From Candidatus Iainarchaeum sp. (GTDB taxonomy: Archaea; Iainarchaeota; Iainarchaeia; Iainarchaeales; GCA-2688035): 27,870 nucleotides of DNA. A program made the position numbers and the translations under genes. This document shows positions 1 to 8,097 of this stretch, one piece after another (the first letter of the stretch is position 1; every line of letters begins with the position of its first letter). The notes beneath the pieces were generated by a model. The model searched no databases. It was not told the origin of the DNA and was given only the letters and a program-made list of their open reading frames with translations. Where the stretch lies: positions 1 to 27,870 of the forward strand of contig JAFCCL010000012.1 of the NCBI GenBank assembly GCA_017610205.1. Reading direction: 5' to 3'.

Positions 1-186
1 CAACGACATCCACCACCTAAGCCTAACAAACAGCCATCTAAGGACACCAGCACAAGCATTTGTTGAAAAAATGAGGCGAAACCCATGAGCCGGGAAGAAA
101 AACTAATAAAGGAGTATAGGAAACAACATTATAGAGAGGAACTTAAATCAGGACACCACATTAAGGGGTTTTTAGGCAATTTAGAA

Positions 187-744
187 TTAATTCATTTTTG
201 CCAGCAGGTCTTTTAACAGGTCAATTTCTTGGGTTATTTGCTTGAGGTTTTCAAGTTCCCCTTTAAGCTCTAACTTGCTGTGGTCAAACAATTCTTTGTG
301 GTCTTCTAGTGGTTTGCAGCCTATTTTGTTTACCTCCTTGTAAAAGGATTCGTTGTCGCGAACAATCTTTCTACCCAGTTCAATAGACTGGGTGTAATTT
401 TCCTCCCAAACCTCTAAAACTTTGAGGAGTTTTCTTGCATCTGCAACCTCTTCAAGTTTTAGGGACGCCAAGCGACTGGGTTTTCGCCCTGCCCTCCCGC
501 TCCTGTAAATTATTTTGTCCTCAAGTTGCAGAGTGGCCTTGGCCAACTCACTCCTTAATCCAAGGATTTTGGCAACCTTGTTGTTGGCCTTAAAAGCCAA
601 TGCGGTTCTCTTGCTATTGATTAGAATGTTCTTCTCAAACAATTTTAGGCTGCCTTTGGCAATAATGCCGTCACGCATGCCTTTAAGAAATGCCCTGCGC
701 GCTTTTAATTCCTCAGCTAGTTTTCTAATTTTTCTTTTAGCCAT
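187..744 (-). CDS. hypothetical basic, helical/coiled-coil protein (185 aa)
   Basis: Long ATG ORF starting 4 nt after the mre11 stop on the same strand; K/R/E/L-rich; no recognised motif. Confidence 0.7.
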   Translation of the reverse strand: MAKRKIRKLAEELKARRAFLKGMRDGIIAKGSLKLFEKNILINSKRTALAFKANNKVAKILGLRSELAKATLQLEDKIIYRSGRAGRKPSRLASLKLEEVADARKLLKVLEVWEENYTQSIELGRKIVRDNESFYKEVNKIGCKPLEDHKELFDHSKLELKGELENLKQITQEIDLLKDLLAKMN

Positions 745-748
745 TCAA

Positions 749-1981
749 TCATTTGCCCCTTTTCTCTGAAAGAAGCCCAACAACCTTGTTAATGTCTCCT
801 TCTGCCAAAAGGTCAAAAACGCGTTTTACTTCAAAGGCGTTGTTGAAACCAGTTTCAGCCAGGTTTTTTTCCAAAAGGTCAAAACCCATTGCTGCAACGC
901 TTTTGTTTCCAAGCTGGGTCTTGCGCAATTGCTCAAGTTTTTGCTTAAAGCCCTCTTCCTCAAAATTGCAGTCAATAAACAAAAGCGCCTTGTCCCTAAA
1001 CTTTTCTTGAATTGCACGCAGGTCAATGTCCTTATTTTCCAATCCCTTTACAAGGCTACCTTTGAGTTTGATTTTAATGAGTGGCTTATTTTGGGAATTG
1101 GAAAGAATTTGGTCAAGTTTTTTTTCCACAGCTTCCTTGATTTGTTCTGTTGTACCTTCCTTGAATTCAAGTTTTTCAAAAATAAACTTTCTTTGCTTTG
1201 GCAAGGTAATGAATTGAAGGCTTTTGTCCTTACTCTCAAAAATAAAAATTCCCTTTGGCTTTTTTGCCTCAAGCTTTTTCATTTGGGTTATTATAGTGCT
1301 TCCTGTTACAAGAAAATTCTTCTCAGTTAAATGTTCCTCACTTGCCCAATGCAAATGCCCATCAATTACAAGGTCAAAACCCTGCGGCAAATCAGCAAGG
1401 GAAATTGACGCAACCATGTCGTCGTCAAAAGGCAAAAATTCCTTAATGCTTTGATGAAGCAAAACCAGATTGCACGCCCCCTGTTCCGGTTTTGGGTTCC
1501 ACATTTTCAAGGCATCCAATGCCTTTTTTTCAGGGATACCACTAAGGCCTTGTACAACAATTTTTTCGCTGTCTTTTTCAAACACTGCTTTTGCTGCATG
1601 AATAAAAACAAGGCAGCCTGCTTCCTGCAAAACCTCCAAGGCGTTCTTGAAGTCTTTTCCCCTAAATTCGTGCGTACCTGCAATTGAAATCACAGGAGTA
1701 CAGTCAGTTAAAAATTCTCTTGTTTCTTCACCCTTTTTGTATTCAATTTTCTGCAGTTCTCCTTTTTTCGCCCTTAGCAAACTAAAAAGTTTAAACATTT
1801 GCACCCATGCTTCCTGTGAAGGAATTGCTTCGTTGAATAGGTCGCCTGCAAGCAAAATCAAATCAGCCTTTTTCTCCAAAGCAAGTTCAAAGGCCTCCTT
1901 TGCCTGGTCAAAAGCCTCGTTGCTTCTGGCAGTGTTTTTTCCAAAGCCAATGTGAGTATCAGAAAAAATTGCAATTTTCAT
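749..1981 (-). CDS. mre11: Mre11/SbcD-family DNA repair metallophosphoesterase nuclease
   Basis: Motifs SDTHIG, AGDLF, GTHE (variant of GNHD), LHQS, DGHLH, TGS; 410 aa with a C-terminal capping-type domain. Confidence 0.9.
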   Translation of the reverse strand: MKIAIFSDTHIGFGKNTARSNEAFDQAKEAFELALEKKADLILLAGDLFNEAIPSQEAWVQMFKLFSLLRAKKGELQKIEYKKGEETREFLTDCTPVISIAGTHEFRGKDFKNALEVLQEAGCLVFIHAAKAVFEKDSEKIVVQGLSGIPEKKALDALKMWNPKPEQGACNLVLLHQSIKEFLPFDDDMVASISLADLPQGFDLVIDGHLHWASEEHLTEKNFLVTGSTIITQMKKLEAKKPKGIFIFESKDKSLQFITLPKQRKFIFEKLEFKEGTTEQIKEAVEKKLDQILSNSQNKPLIKIKLKGSLVKGLENKDIDLRAIQEKFRDKALLFIDCNFEEEGFKQKLEQLRKTQLGNKSVAAMGFDLLEKNLAETGFNNAFEVKRVFDLLAEGDINKVVGLLSEKRGK

Positions 1982-2026
1982 AGTTCAACCCAATATTATT
2001 AAGCAAGGAATGACATAAAATAGGTT

Positions 2027-2863
2027 ATGGCAAAGCCATTGGAAATAAAAAGAATTGACCTGTTAGTGCATCCGTTTTATAGCATGGGCATTGCAAGCAA
2101 CAAAAAAGATGCAGATAAACTTACAGCTGTTTGGAAAAAACATATTGACGAAATTGCAAAAGATCCAAGCAGAATGCTTCTAATTAAGGTAATGGGAAAC
2201 ATGGATTGGCTTCCCAGCAGAAATAGGGAAAAATCAATGGATGCGCGTTTGCAACACGCTAAAACAAAAGAACTTTTGAAATATTCACGTTTGCAACACG
2301 CTAAAACAAAAGAACTTTTGAAATATTCACGTTTGCAACACGCTAAAACAAAAGAACTTTTGAAATATGCTAAAAAGAAATTGAAGAAAAGATTTGGATT
2401 TTATGAAGCTAGCGAATCAAGATTTATGTTTTATGATCACTTGAGAACTGGCTTTAAAGATTTTAGAAATTATGTCAAAAAAAAAGGTTTGGCAGTTAAT
2501 CCAGAAACAGTTAAAACAAGAGGCCTTGGAGAATACACAACTGCTTGTGTAGCGGGTTATTTAGTAGACTTAAACGCACAAATTGGTTTGAAGGATGCAA
2601 TTCCTTACAGAAATCCTCAAAGTGATCTTCTGCCAAGAAAATCAGTTGAATTAGCCGGAAGATATCCAAGACCAGGGGAACTAAAAGGACTTCTTAAAAG
2701 CAAAAAAGGGAGAGAACTACTCAGAAAAAAAATGAAAGCCTATATTGAAGTACGTATGGAGCGCATGAATACATTAAAAATCCGCCACTCAAAACAGAAA
2801 GCAAGCAAGGTGGCATTATACAAACCAAGACCTCATTTAATGAAAAAAAAGCGAAGGACCTAA
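2027..2863 (+). CDS. hypothetical highly basic protein with an internal 14-aa triplication
   Basis: 278-aa ORF divergent from mre11; motifs LLVHPFY and GEYTTACV (weak resemblance to the cysteine-hydrolase G-x2-T-x2-CV motif). Confidence 0.7.
   Translation: MAKPLEIKRIDLLVHPFYSMGIASNKKDADKLTAVWKKHIDEIAKDPSRMLLIKVMGNMDWLPSRNREKSMDARLQHAKTKELLKYSRLQHAKTKELLKYSRLQHAKTKELLKYAKKKLKKRFGFYEASESRFMFYDHLRTGFKDFRNYVKKKGLAVNPETVKTRGLGEYTTACVAGYLVDLNAQIGLKDAIPYRNPQSDLLPRKSVELAGRYPRPGELKGLLKSKKGRELLRKKMKAYIEVRMERMNTLKIRHSKQKASKVALYKPRPHLMKKKRRT
2246..2368 (+). repeat. perfect 42-bp tandem repeat, ~2.9 copies (RLQHAKTKELLKYS)
   Basis: CGTTTGCAACACGCTAAAACAAAAGAACTTTTGAAATATTCA begins at 2246, 2288 and 2330; third copy lacks the last codon. 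Confidence 0.97.
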
Positions 2864-3180
2864 CCAACCAATTCAATCGTATTCTGCAATTCCTTTTTTG
2901 CAACCTTCAAAAGCTCTTTTCCGGAAGCAGTAATGCTATAAACGCTTTTGTTGCCCTCACGCTTGGCTTTTACAAAATTGTGCTTTTCAAGCTTGTAAAG
3001 TACAACATAAACAGAAACATTTCCAGGTAAGAAACCGAATTTTTCCTTAACCTCTTTTCTCAAAACATAGGCATGACTTGGCTTCTTTTTAAGCATACTA
3101 AGCAGATAAATCCACAAAAGCTCAATTCCAAGCTTTCGCTTCAGCCTGTTAATTTCCTTACTCTTTTCAGCCTTTGCCAT
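2860..3180 (-). CDS. PadR-family winged-helix transcriptional regulator
   Basis: LLSMLKKKPSHAYVL...GNVSVYVVLYKLEKHNFV...KSVYSITASGKELL matches the PadR pattern; 106 aa. Confidence 0.9.
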   Translation of the reverse strand: MAKAEKSKEINRLKRKLGIELLWIYLLSMLKKKPSHAYVLRKEVKEKFGFLPGNVSVYVVLYKLEKHNFVKAKREGNKSVYSITASGKELLKVAKKELQNTIELVG

Positions 3181-3203
3181 TTCAACAAAAGAGATGCGAA
3201 AGC

Positions 3204-3251
3204 TTTATATATATAAAATAGCTACAATATATCGATTGTTTTACGATTGTA
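3204..3251. promoter_or_regulatory. bidirectional TATA element and candidate operator between divergent padR and ino1
   Basis: Perfect palindrome TTTATATATATAAA (3204-3217); ACAAT-N6-ATTGT (3224-3239); a further ATTGTA at 3246-3251. Confidence 0.45.
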
Positions 3252-3293
3252 AAATAGTTTATACTTATAAAAGAATTTGGAGGTTTTAAGAAA

Positions 3294-4403
3294 ATGGCTG
3301 GAAAAATAAAAGTTGCAATTGCAGGAATTGGTAATTGCGCAAGCTCTTTGATTCAAGGAGTAGAATTCTATAAGGATGTAAAGGAAGGAGACGAACTTGT
3401 CCCAGGCTTAATGCATAATGTATTGGGTGGATACAAAATTTCAGACATTGAGTTCGTAGCAGCATTTGATGTTGACAAAAGAAAGATTGGCAAGCCATTG
3501 AACGAGGCAATTTATGAAAAGCCAAATAATACTTATACAATAATGGAAAAGGTTTCAAAATGGGGAGACGTAATAGTACAAAAAGGCCCTGTTTTGGATG
3601 GAGTAGCAGACCACATGATTGAATATCCAGAAGATGTTTCTTTCAGGGTTGACGAAAGTCAAAAGCCAATAGATGCTACACAGGTTTTGAAAGACAGCGG
3701 TGCAGAAATTTTAATGAACTATATGCCTGTTGGTTCTGAAAAGGCAACACAGTATTATGCACAGGCTGCTTTGGATGCAGGATGCGCTATGTTGAATTGT
3801 ATTCCGTCATTCATTGTTTCAGACCCTGAATGGGAAAAAAAGTTTGTGGAAAAAGGACTGCCTTGTGCCGGAGATGATATAAAAGCAGAAGTAGGCGCTA
3901 CAATAGTACACAGGACTCTTGCAAAACTGTTTGATGACAGAGGCGTAAAAATTGACGGCACCTACCAACTAAATGTCGGTGGAAATACAGACTTTTTGAA
4001 CATGGCAAGACACAACAGGCTTAAATACAAAAGAATTTCAAAAACAGAGTCTGTTCAAAGCAATCTAAAAGTTCCGCTTCCGGCCGACAAGGTTCACATT
4101 GGACCAAGTGACTTTGTGCCATGGATTAAAGACAAAAAGATTTGCTTCTGCAGAATTGAAGGAAGGAAATTTGGCGAAGCTCCTGTAAACATTGAAGTAA
4201 GGTTAAAAGTTGAGGATTCACCAAACAGCGCAGGATGCACCATTGATGGAATAAGGTGCTTAAAGCTTGCTTTGGATCGCGGTGTTAAAGGAAAACTTGA
4301 CAGCATAAGCGCATATACAATGAAGCACCCTGCCATACAATATCCAGACCCTATTGCAAGAGACATGGTCGAGGAATTTATTAAAGGAACTAGGGAACGC
4401 TAG
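3294..4403 (+). CDS. ino1: myo-inositol-1-phosphate synthase
   Basis: N-terminal KVAIAGIGNCASSLIQG Rossmann motif; GDDIK, QLNVGGNTDFLNM, KRISKT, EDSPNSAG, YTMKHP signature motifs. Confidence 0.96.
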   Translation: MAGKIKVAIAGIGNCASSLIQGVEFYKDVKEGDELVPGLMHNVLGGYKISDIEFVAAFDVDKRKIGKPLNEAIYEKPNNTYTIMEKVSKWGDVIVQKGPVLDGVADHMIEYPEDVSFRVDESQKPIDATQVLKDSGAEILMNYMPVGSEKATQYYAQAALDAGCAMLNCIPSFIVSDPEWEKKFVEKGLPCAGDDIKAEVGATIVHRTLAKLFDDRGVKIDGTYQLNVGGNTDFLNMARHNRLKYKRISKTESVQSNLKVPLPADKVHIGPSDFVPWIKDKKICFCRIEGRKFGEAPVNIEVRLKVEDSPNSAGCTIDGIRCLKLALDRGVKGKLDSISAYTMKHPAIQYPDPIARDMVEEFIKGTRER

Positions 4404-5451
4404 AATCCAAAGTATATAAGAACATTATATGATTTGGCAATTCATTGAGAATTGCCTCATCATCCTTTATTTTTATTAAAGAAAACAAAACTTCTAATGG
4501 AACTTTTGATTCATTTCTCCTAAAATGTTCCAATTGTCTATGGGAATAGTTTTTCCCAGTAAGTTTGCTTAGTTCTATTGCAAGTAATCTATCACTTTCA
4601 AAAAAGATTTTCATTTCACTAACTAAAGCACAAACTTCCTTAGACCTAATCCGACTAAACTTGGAAATTTCTATTACTGCTTTTTTCAACACTCTTTGTT
4701 TTTTAGGATTAAAATAACTAATATACCTATAGAAATTTACTATCGAAAACTGGTTGGTTATTGAAAAACCAAAAGCATGTTTTGATGTCTCAAAGCTATT
4801 TGACTTAGGATAAGTAATAGTCCTTGTAGAATTTATCCTAAACCCACTCAACAATTCCTTAATTTGGGAAAACAATTTGAAGGCGTTTCCAAGCAATTCT
4901 TTAGTTTTTACCATTGTTAAACCTATTTCAAAAGAAAATTTTCTATTGGTTTTTACTCGAGGCTTGCTAGCTTCAAAAGTAAAGAAAGTTTTTAAAAATT
5001 CCTTTTTAATCTCAGTGTTGCTATTCATTATCCAATTAGGAACAAGAAATTCTTTTTCAGTTTTGTTTCCAATAGGAGAACCTGCAAGAATTAGTATTTG
5101 TGTAATTGTTGCATTAGAAACAAATGCTTTGTACGGCTGTTTTTTGAAGTAACCATACTTTGGAGTATATGCCTCTATCCTTCCATCAACACCAAAAAGC
5201 TCTTTTACAATTTTTAAGAACCATTCACATTCCGCTTTCTCGCTTGAGTAAAGCATTATTTTCTTTGCCCTTGGTCTTCCATCTGCCTTGGTCCACTCCA
5301 CATACCCATCAGTCATTAACGCAGCAACCAAAGCAGCCAATTCAGGCGAAGCATGCAAGGGCAGAATCTTTTTTGCCCTTTCTTTGCTTTTATTTGTAAT
5401 CCGAGGAAAGTCCTTCACAAGCTGTTCAAAAGTAACAATCGATTCTCCCAT
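4390..5451 (-). CDS. free-standing LAGLIDADG (intein-DOD-like) endonuclease-domain protein with a probable C-terminal HTH
   Basis: Motif 1 LAALVAALMTDGYV, linker KTEKEFLVPNWIMN, motif 2 FLKTFFTFEAS; C-terminal RLLAIELSK...HRQLEHFRRNESKVPL is HTH-like; no Cys1 or terminal HN, so no splicing domain. Confidence 0.8.
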   Translation of the reverse strand: MGESIVTFEQLVKDFPRITNKSKERAKKILPLHASPELAALVAALMTDGYVEWTKADGRPRAKKIMLYSSEKAECEWFLKIVKELFGVDGRIEAYTPKYGYFKKQPYKAFVSNATITQILILAGSPIGNKTEKEFLVPNWIMNSNTEIKKEFLKTFFTFEASKPRVKTNRKFSFEIGLTMVKTKELLGNAFKLFSQIKELLSGFRINSTRTITYPKSNSFETSKHAFGFSITNQFSIVNFYRYISYFNPKKQRVLKKAVIEISKFSRIRSKEVCALVSEMKIFFESDRLLAIELSKLTGKNYSHRQLEHFRRNESKVPLEVLFSLIKIKDDEAILNELPNHIMFLYTLDSSVP

Positions 5452-5660
5452 CTACACCGGTAAATTTTTGTTTTTTTCTTTTTAAAGCACTTTGCAAACA
5501 GTCCAGGTTTCCGGTGAAAATTCAAGAAGAAGGATTTCCGGTAAATGAAAGAAAAAAATTATTTTCTCCTAAAATGCCTTGCAAGCATTTTGGCAGCTCT
5601 TATTGGAGTCCGTGCCATATAAGAATGGATTAATAAACTTAATTTAAATAAATAAGTAAA

Positions 5661-6275
5661 ATGACGCTTTATAAAAACAGGGAACGTTTTGGCAGTCTTT
5701 CAACAAAAATTGGAAAGATATTTAGCAAAATTCCTTTAACGCCAAATCAGTGGACAATTTTTTCGCTTGTTCCGGCAATTATTGCTGTTTATTTTCTTTC
5801 ACAACAAAATTTTTTAATTGCAGGCAGTCTTTTTATTTTTGCAAGCTTTCTTGACATGGTTGACGGAGCAGTTGCACGAGTTACAAAAACAGCAAGCAAG
5901 TTTGGAGCATATCTTGATACAGTTGTTGACAGATATGTTGAAGCAATCATAGTATTTGGCTTGCTTTTTGTTGGCTTGCCAGAATTTTATATTCCAGCAT
6001 ATGCATGGATTTTCTTGTATCTTTTTGGCGGAATGATGACAACATATGCAAAAGCAGCAGCAAAAGAAAAAGAAATTATTCCAGAAGGAAAGGAACTAAA
6101 AGGCGGAATTCTTGAAAGATCTGAACGACTGATAATCCTTTTTGTTGGCATTATTGCAGCTGCATTCAATCCAGTATACCTAACCTATGTAATCGTTTTG
6201 CTTGCAGTTCTTACAAACATCAGTGCATTACAAAGAATTTGGATTGCAAAAAAAATTTGCACGCAAGATAGATAA
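5661..6275 (+). CDS. CDP-alcohol phosphatidyltransferase, likely archaetidylinositol-phosphate synthase type
   Basis: Signature DMVDGAVARVTKTASKFGAYLDTVVDR; TPNQWT; GILERSER; multi-TM; near ino1. Confidence 0.9.
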   Translation: MTLYKNRERFGSLSTKIGKIFSKIPLTPNQWTIFSLVPAIIAVYFLSQQNFLIAGSLFIFASFLDMVDGAVARVTKTASKFGAYLDTVVDRYVEAIIVFGLLFVGLPEFYIPAYAWIFLYLFGGMMTTYAKAAAKEKEIIPEGKELKGGILERSERLIILFVGIIAAAFNPVYLTYVIVLLAVLTNISALQRIWIAKKICTQDR

Positions 6276-7010
6276 TTAATTACATTCTATTTCAAAAGGA
6301 TTTCCAGTAAGTGGATTATTCATACCTTTCATTGCTCCAGAAAATAGAAGAAGGGGAAGCTCTGGCTGTCCTGCCTGCTCTGATGAATTAATAGTGCTTT
6401 CAACAAAAGTTTTTGGAAACCTGCAGGTTTTTTGCGATAAATCGGTATTGTCATAATAGGAAATAAGGCAGTTTGTTCCCTCTTCCCCCAAAACAGAAAA
6501 AAGCCCTCCGAATTGACCTGTTAGTTCAAAGGTTGAATTAATACAGGAAACCATGTTTTGATTAAAACAAGCAAGATTTGCCTTTTCTTCTTCAGAACCT
6601 GTTGCCATTGCAAGGTTTGTAATATCAATAGAACCACAGCTTAGAACTCCTGGGTTTACAGGAGGTTGTCCTGGCAAGCTAATACAAAGATTTGCAGAAA
6701 CTGCCATTGAACCATCAGGACATTGAACAAGCTGCTGTTGGCCAATTGGCTGTTGATTATCTTGTTGTTGATTGTTTGGTTGTTGATTGTCCGATTGCTG
6801 ATTGTCCGATTGCTGATTGTCCGATTGCTGATTGTCCGATTGCTGATTGTCCGATTGCTGATTGTCCGATTGCTGATTGTCCGATTGCTGATTGTCTGGC
6901 AGTATAATTCCATGGGACTGTTCAGTTTCTGTAGAATCAGGAGTTGGCATAATACAACCACTTAAGACAAGTGCCGCAACCAATGCAGCAATCAAAAATG
7001 CTTTTTTCAT
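6276..7010 (-). CDS. secreted lipoprotein with a QQSDN repeat linker and Cys-containing C-terminal domain
   Basis: MKKAFLIAALVAALVLSGC lipobox (ATG 7010 preferred to 7028); low-complexity linker; paired cysteines. Confidence 0.8.
   Translation of the reverse strand: MKKAFLIAALVAALVLSGCIMPTPDSTETEQSHGIILPDNQQSDNQQSDNQQSDNQQSDNQQSDNQQSDNQQSDNQQPNNQQQDNQQPIGQQQLVQCPDGSMAVSANLCISLPGQPPVNPGVLSCGSIDITNLAMATGSEEEKANLACFNQNMVSCINSTFELTGQFGGLFSVLGEEGTNCLISYYDNTDLSQKTCRFPKTFVESTINSSEQAGQPELPLLLFSGAMKGMNNPLTGNPFEIECN
6751..6896. repeat. 15-bp tandem repeat (TGCTGATTGTCCGAT), 7 full units plus partial/degenerate copies
   Basis: Units at 6781-6885, partial to 6896, two degenerate units at 6751-6780; encodes (QSDNQ)n on the minus strand. 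Confidence 0.97.
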
Positions 7011-7037
7011 TGTGCTAAAGTAAGGCAAAGAAATTAT

Positions 7038-7958
7038 TTAAGTCTTTTCATTTACAAAAAGCTTCAAAATGTTTGCTTTTTTCTTTTTAGGATAAAGCAA
7101 AAGCGGTCTTAACACAATAAGGTTTTGTTTTTCATTAAATTTTTCATATTCTGCCAAACTCTTGGTATCTGTTTTAGAATCAGCTGTTGCAATTGCTTTG
7201 ATGTTTCTTTCCTCAAACAAAACAGGCAAATCTTTTTCATTGGTTAAAGCAAATTGTCTGTAATCATTAAAATGAACAAGTTTTGAAATATGTTCTTCAA
7301 GCTCTTTTGAATTTTTTTTAACAATTGGAAAAATGTTACAGCCCCTGTGCATTAACAAAAATGCTGCAGCAAGCTCATCTTTCTTTCCTTCAAAAAGCAT
7401 TGCGACCGCACCCTCTGCACCAGAAGGCAGTCCACCAAGTCCCTTTACTTGTTTGGTGTAAATAAAAAAATCCTTTTTGCTTACTTCAATAAAAATTTCC
7501 TTTTCAGGATTTTTTAACTTTACTTTAAGATTGGGAATCGCATCCATAACAACAGCTCCAATGTTTCTTTCAAGGTCTCGTGCTGAAAGCTTGTTTCCAG
7601 TAGACCTTGCATCTAAAGCAAATTCGTTTCCTTCTTTGAGAAATTTTTTTGCAAAAGAAACAGTCTGCGATTCAACTTCATTATATTCTGCTGGCTTGAA
7701 ATGCTGTGCAATTGCTGTTGCATGAATTCCTGAAATTGTTAAAAGCGTCTTTTGTGCATTTTTTGCACTGAAACAAAAGATGTAAAGTCGCCCGCCTCCT
7801 CTTGCAATTTTGGCCAATTTAACATTGTTTCTTTTCAGAGAAAATTTTATGCTTTGCACCAGTTTCTTTGTAAAAAAGCGCCTTACAAAAGGGCTTTTTA
7901 AGGAAATCTCCGAAGCGGTCTTTACAAGCAAACATTCCTGCCCTTGGTCTTTTCCCAT
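7038..7958 (-). CDS. thiI: ThiI-like THUMP-domain protein with degenerate PP-loop domain
   Basis: EISLKSPFVRRFF N-terminus, THUMP (KVKLKNPEKEIFIEV), GLGGLPSG, LMHRGC, VLRPLL; SGGxDS is replaced by EGKKDE. Confidence 0.8.
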   Translation of the reverse strand: MGKDQGQECLLVKTASEISLKSPFVRRFFTKKLVQSIKFSLKRNNVKLAKIARGGGRLYIFCFSAKNAQKTLLTISGIHATAIAQHFKPAEYNEVESQTVSFAKKFLKEGNEFALDARSTGNKLSARDLERNIGAVVMDAIPNLKVKLKNPEKEIFIEVSKKDFFIYTKQVKGLGGLPSGAEGAVAMLFEGKKDELAAAFLLMHRGCNIFPIVKKNSKELEEHISKLVHFNDYRQFALTNEKDLPVLFEERNIKAIATADSKTDTKSLAEYEKFNEKQNLIVLRPLLLYPKKKKANILKLFVNEKT

Positions 7959-8097
7959 AAGTTATTTAAACAACAAAAGCCATATAATTAATAATGAACA
8001 AAGTTAAGGCAGAAAAAAAGTGCAATTGTTGCTGTTGCCACTAAGCGCCCAGCTTACAGCTTGACTTTGTTTGAAAACTGTTTGTAGGGTGATTTTT

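Noticed and set aside
1-216. Partial ORF ending at 88 and an ATGA-coupled 43-aa ORF (85-216)
   Set aside because: Too short, no recognisable motif, and it overlaps the convergent gene; cannot be supported from this window
2246-2368. 42-bp repeat as a mini-CRISPR
   Set aside because: Copies are contiguous with no spacers and are in frame within a CDS
4390-5451. LAGLIDADG gene as an intein or intron ORF
   Set aside because: No Hint blocks, opposite strand to the flanking genes, and both neighbours are uninterrupted
6656-6965. Alternative-frame repetitive ORFs (ISNRT, DCPIA, LLIVR)
   Set aside because: By-products of the stop-free 15-bp repeat; only the lipobox frame looks real
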